From the NCBI GenBank assembly GCA_001724265.1, contig MEDY01000132.1, positions 48,074 through 68,073 of the forward strand: a stretch of 20,000 nucleotides of DNA. Direction: 5' to 3'. Below the pieces are notes generated by a model that made no database searches, was not told the origin of the DNA, and worked only from the letters and a program-made list of their open reading frames with translations. The number at the start of each line of letters is the position of its first letter. Positions within the stretch are counted from its first letter, which is position 1. Positions 10,301-20,000 of the stretch are shown piece by piece. Source of the stretch: Rhizaria sp. SCN 62-66 (taxonomy: Eukaryota). The position numbers and the translations under genes were made by a program.

Positions 10301-13300
10301 TTGCACACGGCCCGTCGTTCGAGTCGGACCTGCGCTCGCTGGCCAAGCGCCGCCAGAGCCGCAGCGTGACTCTGCAGCAGCGGCTCGCCACGGGCTCGTT
10401 ACCGCCACAGACGTCTCTGCTAGTCGTGATTGCTGTGCACGGCCTGCACACGGTCGCCGCGGCAACGGAAATCGCGCGCACCGCCGCCGCCGAGGCCGCC
10501 GCGGCGGCGGTGACCGCGGCTGGCGGCAACAGCAAGAAGGCGGCGGCCGCGTTCGCCGCCGAGATGGCCAAGTCGGCCGCCCCCGGTGCCGTGGTGCCGA
10601 TGGTGCCGCTGCCGATTATGGTCGAGTTCCAGCGCCTGCGCGCGCACCGCTCGACGCTGCACGACCCCAGCGGCGGGAGTAGCGCGGCGGCGGACAAGTC
10701 CGCTGTGGCGACCGAGGATTCCGAGTATGAGACCACTGTTCGCACTCCAGGTATGTTCAATAAGTGTCCCGCTTCTACCGCTTATAAGCACCATCACTCT
10801 GTTTTCTTTTGCTATGTTGTGAAACTAACAATGACTTATCCACCGTGTATAATTTAACTTCGAAGCCTTCATCTCATTGATATATCTTGCTTTTCTCTTT
10901 GTTTCCCGTTTGCTTCACAACAACAGGCCGCGCAGTGCCCATCTTCTCCGAGCCTGGCTCCGGCGGCTTCTTCACCGGTTCCCAGTCCTTCGCGCCGTTG
11001 TTGCTGCCCGCCTGGTCGCTGTGCCGCGACGAGCTCGACCGGCCTGTGCGCGTGCGCGTGCTGTACGCGCCGCTGTCCCCCGCGGAGAACATGCTGGCGG
11101 CGACGCTCTCGCCCCAGAGCGACACGGCGGCACTGGCGAGCGCAACCGCCGCGGCCGCCGCGAGCGCGGCGAGTGTGGGCGCCAAGTACGGCAATTTCCC
11201 CGTTATGGCGGCGGTTAAGACTAGTGTGCGTGAGATTCTGCTCAAGTCTGGCATTAGCGGCAACTTGGCGACGATGGATCTGTTGTCGCCGTTGCCGCCG
11301 TTCGTGCAGCAAGTTAAGCCGCTGGCTGATTACCACCATAAGTTGCTGCCGAACAACAATAAAAGCACGAGTACGGGTCTCGCGCTAAGTACCCCCTTAG
11401 AGGTGAACGGGTACTCAGACGGCTTGACTTCGTGGTCTCTGCCCTTACACCACAACTCGACCCCCTTAGACGACCTCATCGCCCAGGGCCACAAGCCGGC
11501 TCGCTCCTTCCCGCTCGCTTCCTATATCAACAACAACAGCGCCAGCGCTACTAGCTCCGGCGGCAGTAGCAAGAAGCAGAGCCCTTCTGTCACCGCGAGC
11601 GTGAGCGCGAGCAGGGCGTCGCTGACGCTGCACGTGTGCTCCCTCATGGCGCCCCGGTCGCTGCCCCTGCTCGTCACCATCGGCAACGCGCTCGCGCTGT
11701 CGCAGTCGCTCGCCGTCGTGCAGGGTCAGTGCGAGTACTTCACGCGTTCGCACGCCCGCCCGCTGGCGCTCGCTCTGCCGTCACAAGCGCAGTCACTCGT
11801 GCTGCCCTCCGCGGCCGCCGCGCGCGCCGCCGTCAGTGCGCGCGCGTTGGAGCTGCAGTTGCGTGAGATCGTCGACCTGATTGCGGCGTTGTCGCTGTTT
11901 TCGATCAAGGGACAAAGCAAGAAGGTCTGGGGCGCGCGTGCAGATGCCATGATCGCACTTAAGCAAGCCGCCGGCCCTTCGGGCACACCGGGCGGCTTAA
12001 CTTTGAGCAACATCAACAGCCTCAGCGCAAGTCCCAGCGACGACGAGGACATCTACCACGACGACAACGTCAACGTCGGCGCTTACGACGACGATGACGA
12101 CGGCGACGGCGATGGATACGAACGTGGTGACCGTGTGCGCGGCTTAGCTTCCAACCGCAACAGCGGACGCTTGTCGACGTCATCGCGCAAATTCCGCCCT
12201 ACCACGAGCTCTTCTGCGCATTCCACCAGCTCTGACACGTATAACTCTGCGGCGTCGTCGCGTTCCTTTGCGACGCAGCGGCAGAAGCGTCTGTCAGCGC
12301 GTGCCAGCGCAGATGCCGTCGACAAGTCCAAGAAAGTCATCGAAAACGCCGCGAAAACGGCTGTTATGGTCGAGGACCCCGTTGTCAAGACACTGCGTGC
12401 GTCGTACGACCGGCTGCTAGCGCTGTTGCCGCGCGCGATGTGTGTCGGCGTTGCCGACGCGCGGGTGCTGGTCGAGCAACTGATCACTGCAATCACGAGT
12501 AGTAGCGGTGGTAGAGCAAGAAATAGCGGCGGCAACAGTGCAAACTCGGTCAAGGTCGCTGCGTACGAGAAGGTGACCGCACAGCTGAAGCTGTTGGCGC
12601 CCGCGACGATCCCGCAGACGCTGTGCAAACACCGCTGCACCGCGCATGCGCCTCTGTACGGAACCCAAGCCGCCAACCCGAACGTCCTCCCCGCGTCTTC
12701 CTCGAACAAAAGTCAAGCCGCTGTGTCCGCCTCCGGTCTCGCCGGCGCGGCGTCCGCGGGCGCGAGCGCGAGCGCCAGTGCAGGCATCAGCGTCAGCACT
12801 GGCGGCGCGCTGCTGCGGCCGGAGTGGCCGGTCTCGCGCGCGCTGCTGCTGGAGCCGGAGACGGGCGTGTTCGTCTCGACAGATCCCACCGTGACGGCGG
12901 GCGTGATCACAACAGCCGCCACGCACCGGCCGACCACTGTCCACAGCAACGCCCCGGCCGGTGCGCAGAGCGGCGGCAAGCAGCAGTTCCGCTCGGTGGT
13001 GCCCCTGCCGCTGTACACGCTGCTGAGCGGCGTCGGCCTCGGCGCGAAGCCCTTCTTGGAGCCGCTGCCAATGCCCCTGCTTGGTTTCCCTCACGTTGTG
13101 CAACTGCGCGTCAGCGGCCTGAAGTTAGGCCGCCCTCTGGCGATACAACAGGGCGTTGTGCTGACGACGGCGGCCAAGAACAAGCGCGCGCTCGAAGCCG
13201 CAGCGGCACTGACTGGCGGCGGCGCTGCTGGTGACGCCTTAAGCAACGCTAACGTTAAGGCGCTGCAGCCGCTGTGCTATTTCCTCCAGGTTCTCACTCT

Positions 13301-15503
13301 CGACCGCGTTGCGAATCGGACGCCGACGACGGCGGCCGCGCAGCCGGAGGACCTGACGCTTGCGGCGCGCGCGCGGGCTCGGATCCCCCACGGCCAGCTC
13401 GTGTCGGCGTCCACTGCAGAGTACGTGGCCGTGGGGGACCTAGACGAGCAGGCCGAGAGTGTATACGCGCCGTCGGCCGCGGCCACTGCGGCGGCGACCA
13501 AGGCGATGGGTGGCGTGTTCTTCAACGATTTGGTCAGCACAATGCCGCCAGTGCTGCCGATCCACGTCCGCACTGCTCTGGCCTATGAGGCTGCTGAGGC
13601 GACAAACGTCGCAGCTCCTTCCGCGTTCGCGCCGGCGCTGCTTGCTCTCCGCCAGCTTCTGCAGAGCCAGAGCCAGGATTCCTCTTCCTCCGGCGGTGTG
13701 TCGCCGCTGCTGCCGGAATCAGTTGCGACGCCGGCGCCGTTGATCCAGGCCGTCATCCAGCAAGACGCCTCGAAACGGCTTTCGAACGGCAGCAGCGGCG
13801 CGTCCGGCAGCAACGGCGGTGGGAGCGACGGCGCCGCGAGCGCTGACGCTGACGGCGAAGCGGCTGCTGCTGCGGCGGCCGCGGTGGCTGCCGCCGAGGC
13901 GCGTGCGTGGCTGTCGCTGTCAACAGTGCCGGCGCACGCGATGTCCAAGGGCCGCGACGCGACCGCGGCCGTGGAGGCCGCAAGCGGGCGCTGGGAGTGG
14001 CGCCAGATCCACTTCTCGGAGCTCGCGGTGTGCTTTTCCAAGGCGCAACAGCAGCACTTGCAGGCACAGGCGCTGGCGCAGAGCGGGGGCGGCGCGGGCA
14101 ACGGGAGTAGTCTTTCTAATCCCGTGGCGACGGCGAACGCGACTGCGGCCAGCGGCGTAAACCCAGTGTTTGCGCCTGTGATGCTGCACACGAACATGCT
14201 CCGCGGTAACTTCTTCGCGCCGATCATGCTCCGCGTCTTCCGCCAAAAGCCCACTGCTATTGCTGCTGCTAACAACAGCAACCGCAGTAATACTGGTGAA
14301 GACGATGACGATGAGGAGGGTGGCCGTTCTGCGCCCTCTAGAACCGGTGCTACACTGGTCGGCTATGTTATCACGACGTTATTCGAGCTGCTGACACAGC
14401 AAGCCATCACTAAGATGCAAGCTGTGCAAGATAAACTCAAGCCGCCTGCCGCCGCGAAGGCTGCCAAGTCACCCGCCAGCGCCAGCGACTCTAGCAGTCC
14501 TATCAGCGAGGTTCTCACATCGACCAGTCTAAGTACCCCGCCCTGGCGTCTAAGTACCCCGCGTCTCGCTAACGCCTTCTGGGGCGCCGACTACACGAGC
14601 TCCAGTCTGAGCACGGGCGCCGGCGCCGCCGCCCCGGCCACGGCGACGGCGGCCACCGCCGAGCCCGACGCGGAGGGCGATGCGACGGCCTACGACGCCA
14701 GCCGCGATCGCGCACTCTCGCTTGCCAAGTCCACCGCCAACGCCTCGGGCACGCCCGCCGCCGCGCAGGTCCCGTTCGAGCTTACGGAGGCGAGCGCGGC
14801 GTTCGCGGCGGCCGGTCCGGCCGCGGCGGCGCGCGCGCTAGGCGAGCGCACTAGCGGCGGCGGCGCCGTGGGCTGGGAGTCCGAGTCCGTGGCAGTCACG
14901 TTCGCGCTCGAAAACGAGGGCGACCGCAAGTTCTGGGCCAAGAAGCAGGCCGCCGCGCTGCGCAAACTGCAGAAGAAGGCTGCGGCCGCGGCGGCCAACA
15001 GCGCCAGCGGCACCAGCACTGGCACTGGCTACATCGGGGCTGGCAGCAACACGGTGACCCCGAGAGCGACTGCGGCGGCGGCGGCGGCCGCCGCGAGCGT
15101 GACCGCCGCTCCCGGCACTGCTGCGGGCACCGGGTACAGCAACAGTGGGCGGCTGCGGGTCGGCGTGTCGGTCTGGAGCGCGTGGGAGGACTGCTACACT
15201 GATGACGACGTCGCGCCCGCTGTCGTACTCAAGTCCGCGCACGACAGGCTGGAGATCGCGCGCGCGTATGGGTGGGCGCTGGGGCTCAAGACGCCCGATG
15301 ACGTCATCGGCAAAGTGGCGGAGCTGCCTGTGCGCACGCACGAGTGGACGCGCATGCAGTTACAGCAGCAGCAACAGCAGCTGCGGCGCGGCCACACCGC
15401 GGCCGCCGCAGGGGGGTCGGCGGCGGCAAGCGGGGAGTTTGACAAGAGGGAGAAGAAGGAGAAGAAAGAAAAGAAGGAAAAGAAAGAGAAGAAGCACGAG
15501 TAA
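5955..15503 (+). CDS. Giant low-complexity protein (about 3082 aa) with two putative degenerate copine-type C2 domains; 3 coding exons
   Basis: Exons 5955-5957 (ATG only), 6082-10750 and 10927-15503 join in frame (9249 nt), merging the 1556-aa and 1538-aa ORFs. Intron 5958-6081 is GTACGA..TACTAAC(6022-6028)..TTCCAG and intron 10751-10926 is GTATGT..CAACAG; both are AT/pyrimidine-rich against GC-rich exons. C2-like motifs include FAPLLLPAWSLCRDELDRPVRVRVL and LVGYVITTLFELL. Gene structure is more certain than the domain call. Confidence 0.8.
5958..6081 (+). other. Spliceosomal intron immediately after the start codon
   Basis: ATG|GTACGA donor (same hexamer as the donor at 17400), TACTAAC branch-like motif at 6022-6028, T-rich tract and CCAG acceptor. 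Removal places the ATG in frame with the 4.7-kb ORF. Confidence 0.8.
6304..6345 (+). repeat. Coding (AGC)14 microsatellite encoding poly-Ser
   Basis: 14 perfect AGC units read directly. Confidence 0.95.
7297..7332 (+). repeat. Coding (CAG)12 microsatellite encoding poly-Gln
   Basis: 12 perfect CAG units read directly. Confidence 0.95.
10751..10926 (+). other. Spliceosomal intron (phase 1) joining the two giant ORFs
   Basis: CAG|GTATGT donor, AT-rich body, CTAAC near 10825, pyrimidine tract and CAG|G acceptor. Splicing restores the frame (..VRTP-G-RAVPIF..). Confidence 0.88.
14527..14562 (+). repeat. Short in-frame duplication, GTCTAAGTACCCCGC x2 with 21-nt period
   Basis: cagtctaagtaccccgccctggcgtctaagtaccccgcg encodes SLSTPPWRLSTPR. 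Confidence 0.85.
15450..15494 (+). repeat. Purine-only (EKK)5 coding repeat at the C-terminus of the giant protein
   Basis: gagaagaaggagaagaaagaaaagaaggaaaagaaagagaagaag encodes EKKEKKEKKEKKEKK. Confidence 0.9.
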
Positions 15504-16919
15504 TCTTGACTGACGGCAGTGAATCGAGTCAGTTAAGTTACTTTACGTAGCGATGCTTTTGTCATGTGATGCTTCGAAGTACTTCCGCTTGTATTATCTT
15601 GGTTTGATTTTTTTGTCTAATGACACACTATGTTGTCTGGTATTGTGCTTATTTTGTAAACTACCCTTATTCATTATTACTATTATCATCACTACTATTG
15701 TCTGTTTCATTTGAAAGCCGTGTCTGTGTTTGACGATTACCAGTGGCTGCTACGTGAACTTGTTTGTTTTATAGCCACCCCTTTTGCTCATTGACAGTAC
15801 TTAGTGTATTGTTTACGCATTTATTTAGCTCTTGTCTAACATCTGACGAACATTACCCATGTGTAACGTCGACTCTTACGCATCTCCTGGATTTGTATTA
15901 AGCTTAACATCTTTTGGTGCTCGATGCGCTCGGAACTGAATGATACGATATATATATGCGTACATTGCCATTGATTAACACACACCTATGGTGTTCTAGA
16001 ATTGATTTGAAATTTGTTGCATCAACGCTTCAAGTCTAGAATCGACACTCACGCGACCACTATAAACAATCTCAAACCAACAATATGTCCAACTGAATCG
16101 ATTGCAGTTGTCTTGATACTAGCACCCATTGTGAATAATATTGATCTATTTTTGTTAGCTATGTTTTGACTTGATTTGTTCAAGTTTGGTCGCTATAAAG
16201 GTCGTATTGTGTCGTTTAGGGAGCCGTTGTTCAAGTTAAGCCGTCTGAGCCTCTGCCTGCCCACGGTCATCAAGTGGCAAAAGGATCGAGCTTGATGGAA
16301 TCGTGGCCGACCGAGAATAGCACTTATCTCAAAGAGTGAATCATGTAAAGGCATGATCATGTCGAAAATTAATGACCAACCTAGATATCTTGTTCGTTTT
16401 ATAGTGCATTTCCTAGCAACACTCTTTTTTCAATGATTTCGAGTCGTTTCTTGCTCGTCTCGGCGACGTCGACCTCCTCTCACTCACGTCAGCGCCGGAA
16501 CTAGCTCTCACATGAAAATGAATGCAGAGAGATTCATATGCTGGAATAAGATACGAACAACTTGCCGGTACATCATATGAGGAGATTGTATTATCAGAGT
16601 CTGATTCAGGTTCTCAAAACATCTGTTTCCTGACTCGCGCTCTCCGTTTAGGCTTCCCCCACTCCTTACTGCCGGTTTACCTCTCATGCGCTCCTGACGC
16701 CCTCTCAACCCTTCATTCATAACCAAACTCAACATGCTCACATATAACGGCGTATTTTTATTTTATTTCGCTTCATTTTTCTTGGCATGTTGCTTTCACC
16801 AACTTCTGCCCTTTCCCGTTTTGACCCCTCCAAACCGACGTCGGGACTTATCTCTCCTCTCATAATCTTCCCTGGTGCAAACACAACGCACCGCCCCACT
16901 GCCCATCATGCGCAGACTG

Positions 16920-19511
16920 ATGAGGCTCTCTCTCATCTCCCTCGCCCTATGCGCGCTCCTCGCTCTGGGCTTTACCTCAGTGGCCTCTGCCGCGCGTCTG
17001 ACCAGCTCTTTCGCCAACAGCGAGAAGGTGACGGTGAGCGCCCCCGCGGGCGTCTTCACCGGCCTCGTCGAAGAGCTCGGCAACGCCTTCCACGGCATCC
17101 CATACGCCAAGCCCCCCGTTGGCGAGCTGCGCTTCAAGGCACCCCGCCCGGCCGCGTTGGGTATCAAGATGGACGCCTTCACGCCCGGCCCCGGCTGCTG
17201 GCAGGACTGCCACTTGCCCGAGCCCGAGATCAACTGCCCCGCCAAGATGTCTGAGGACTGCCTCACGCTGTCCATCTACTCCCCGCACAACTCCACGGCG
17301 AGCAGCAACCACCCCGTGATGGTGTACTTCCACGGCGGCAACTACAAATTTGGCTTCGGTGAGTCCCGTCTCTACGACGGCGGCCACATGGTCTCCCAGG
17401 TACGACGTCATACTGCTTTCATATAACACACGATTTTGGCATGTATATCCATGACTATTCAAATGCAAGTGATAATCTTGTTTTGAATCTTTTTTTTTCC
17501 ATACTTCATGTCATTTTTGTTTTGTTTTTCAAACGGCCTGTGCATTATATCTTCATTTAACTCACTCGCACATCCGTATCTTGTTCGCACTGTCTCAACG
17601 TACACCTAGGCTGGTGTCGTCCTCGTCACCGTCAACTACCGTCTCGGCGCCTTCGGCTTCATGTCGATTCCCGAGGCCGGCCTCGAGGCCAATGCCGCCT
17701 TCAAGGACCAGGTCCTCACTCTGCAGTGGACCCAGGAGAACATCGCTGCCTTCGGTGGTAACCCCAACAAGGTACGTTTTTATCAAATGTAAACCGGGTA
17801 TATAACTTGTTATACCCGCAGTCTCGATGTGAAAATCTAGTTCAGTAGTCTGCTTCACAACTCTCTGTCTTGAGCCGAACATCTTGTACTCAAACTAACT
17901 CTTGTTCTTTTTTATTTTCGCTTTGTCGCCTTCTTTTTCTGACGCGACTCGACTCGATCTCTAGGTCACCATCTTCGGCCAGTCCGCCGGCGGTGGCTCC
18001 GTGGTCTCGCACCTCATCTCGCCCCTTTCCAAGGGCCTGTTCCACCGCGCCTTCGTTCAGTCCAACCCCTTCGGCATTAAGTTCCGCACGCCCGCTTCTA
18101 TGGAAAAGCTCACCGGTGTGATGGCCAAGAACGTCGGCTGCGGCCGCGACGCCGCGTCGATCCCCTGCTGGTACAACAAGACGGCCAGTGAGATTGTTGC
18201 CGCCCAGACCATCACCGACGTACGTCTGCCAAAGTGCTCACGTTTCAGTATCTCATCACTGACCGATTGTATCTCACGTGTATCTTCTATTTTAACTGCC
18301 TCACCCTGTCATGTTGCGTGTATCCCGCCAATTGTCACTTTTTATCATTCTTTGCACAGGTTGATTTCGAGGCCTCTGGTGGCTCGATGCTCCAGGTTTT
18401 CCTCCCCTGGACTCCCATGACTGGCACCACTGAGCTGCCCAATACTCCTAACGCCGCGATGCTGTCCGGCCAGGTCCACGACGTCCCCATCGTCATCGGC
18501 ACCGTCCGCGACGAGTCCCTTGTCGTACGTCACATTCTCGAAATAACATCGCGATATAACGCTAAAACAAATATCAAAGAACACATGACACCTTAAAATA
18601 ACCGATCGAACAATGCTTACAGCTGTATCTTGCTTTGTTTTCTTTCTTGCGTTATGTGTTTATTGCTGCAACGATTACAGTTCATCTACCAGGGCTTCAA
18701 CACCCCCGTCGATTGGGTCAAGTACGCAGTCGTGGTCACCGGCATCTTCCTTGATACCGGCAAGTCCGATGCCGTGCTCAAGCGCTTCCCCGCCTCTGAC
18801 AAGGAGGACAACCGCGACAAGAACCTCGTGCCCATGGGTAACGAGTACATCTTCAACTGCCCGCAGCGCGCCGGCATCCGCGGCCTCGTTTCCTCCTCTG
18901 CGCGCAAGAACCCTGTGTACATGTACGTCTTCTCGCACGTGCTGTCGTTCGGCGACAAGGCGTGGGAGACCTCCCCCGAGTGCATCCACAAGTCTTGCCA
19001 CGGCGGCGAGCTCCCGATCGAGTTCAACTCGGGCGACTGGAAGTACCCATACCGCGCCGACGAGAAGGCGCTGGCCCGCAACTTCATCCAGTACCTCGGC
19101 AACTTCGCTCACACCGGCAACCCCAACGAGGGCGGCGTGCCCGCCAACGGCCGCTTCGCCGACACTGCCGTTGCGCACGCCAGCAAGGCCGCCGCGGCGC
19201 AGGACAAGAAGCGCGGCTGTGGCAAGTCTGTTGAGGCCGTGGCTGAGGCCGAGACTGAGACTGAGGAGGAGAAGGCCCTGCTCGCCCTTGCTGGCATGCG
19301 CTCCAACTCCGCCGCCGCTGCTGCTGAGAACGATTCCCTGTCTCTGCGCGGCGTCGAGGTCGAGAAGCCGGCCGTCGAGTGGCCCGCCTGGTCCGTCAAC
19401 GCGCAGAACAACATCTGGCTCTCGTCCACCGCGGCCGAGGGCGTCAAGGTGACCGAGAACTACTACAAGGACCAGTGCGACTTCTGGGACACGATCGGCT
19501 ACGTCGAGTAA
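16920..19511 (+). CDS. Secreted type-B carboxylesterase/cholinesterase-family alpha/beta hydrolase (crystal protein/D2-like), about 630 aa, 5 exons; alternative start at 16908
   Basis: Exons 16920-17399, 17610-17771, 17965-18219, 18360-18524 and 18681-19511 join in frame through GTACG..YAG introns. Signal peptide MRLSLISLALCALLALGFTSVASA. Motifs: [79 protein letters not shown] (catalytic Ser), IGTVRDE (Glu), SCHGGEL (His), GNPN, C-terminal CDFWD. Confidence 0.93.
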
Positions 19512-19966
19512 GCAACGCGCTGTTGCGGGCGCGCCGCCCGTCAAGGTAAGAAATAGTGAGGAGCTTCAGGCATTTGAATAAGGCATAATTGTCCGGTATG
19601 GGTATGAGGCGTGCATGTTTGAACTCGCAATATGTGAATGAGTGAACTCAATTACGTGTTTGTTTTGAGGGACGGATGCGCTGTCTGTATTTGGGATACG
19701 TATGTCTGTCTTGTTACTGAAACAAATGTTGTTTCAGAAGTCTTGGTTGCTTGCTGGACTCTCTTTGTCAAGTGTAAACGCTCAATGATGGAGTGCAAGG
19801 CTAACTGCTCTGTTGCTTTTGCACTTCTGTCATCGTTTCATGTCTTGGCTAGGGGAGATTGTTTGCTGTACTTGAGTTATACATTAACGATTTGTAACAA
19901 TATATAGTAGTATGGGCGGGAGCGGACTATAACTCACACGAACAAAAATGAACTATCGCATAAGTC

Positions 19967-20000
19967 ATCACAACTCACACGATCACAACTCACACGATCA
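19967..20000. repeat. 15-nt tandem repeat ATCACAACTCACACG (2 copies plus a partial), running off the window
   Basis: Units at 19967-19981 and 19982-19996, partial at 19997-20000; sub-copy AACTCACACG at 19931-19940. Confidence 0.85.

Noticed and set aside
9184..10760. Long antisense ORFs (374 aa and 500 aa), and similar ones at 2257-2943 and 18675-19544
   Set aside because: Expected from GC-rich, biased codon usage on the opposite strand; no recognisable motifs.
6187..15503. Two separate genes of 1556 and 1538 aa
   Set aside because: Both track starts are non-ATG. A canonical intron at 10751-10926 joins them in frame within a C2-like motif series.
17400..18680. Introner-type mobile introns
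   Set aside because: The introns share no visible internal similarity, terminal inverted repeats or consistent target-site duplications.
1..20000. Prokaryotic systems (CRISPR, operons, IS elements), tRNA/rRNA genes, or an alternative genetic code
   Set aside because: No repeat-spacer array, transposase or structural RNA motif seen. Spliceosomal introns show the DNA is eukaryotic, and all spliced frames are open in the standard code.

Overview
Gene-dense eukaryotic (protist-like) DNA with GC-rich exons, short AT/pyrimidine-rich GT-AG introns (116-210 nt, donors mostly GTRYG) and the standard genetic code; the three stops in view are all TAA. I reconstructed four genes by hand. (1) A DZIP1/Iguana-like ciliary protein on the minus strand, missed by the ORF track because it runs off the left edge. 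(2) A 3-exon SLC35F6/CRT-like DMT-superfamily transporter with a His-rich tail (minus). (3) A 3-exon giant protein of about 3082 aa (plus), low-complexity, with an ATG-only first coding exon and two apparent copine-type C2 domains broken up by long Ala/Ser inserts. (4) A 5-exon secreted type-B carboxylesterase (plus). The most intriguing cross-gene signal is an acceptor-like YAG after an AG-depleted pyrimidine-rich stretch just upstream of each start codon, mostly with no nearby consensus donor. This could indicate spliced-leader trans-splicing (outrons) or 5'-UTR introns. Family assignments come from motif recognition only; no database searches were run.
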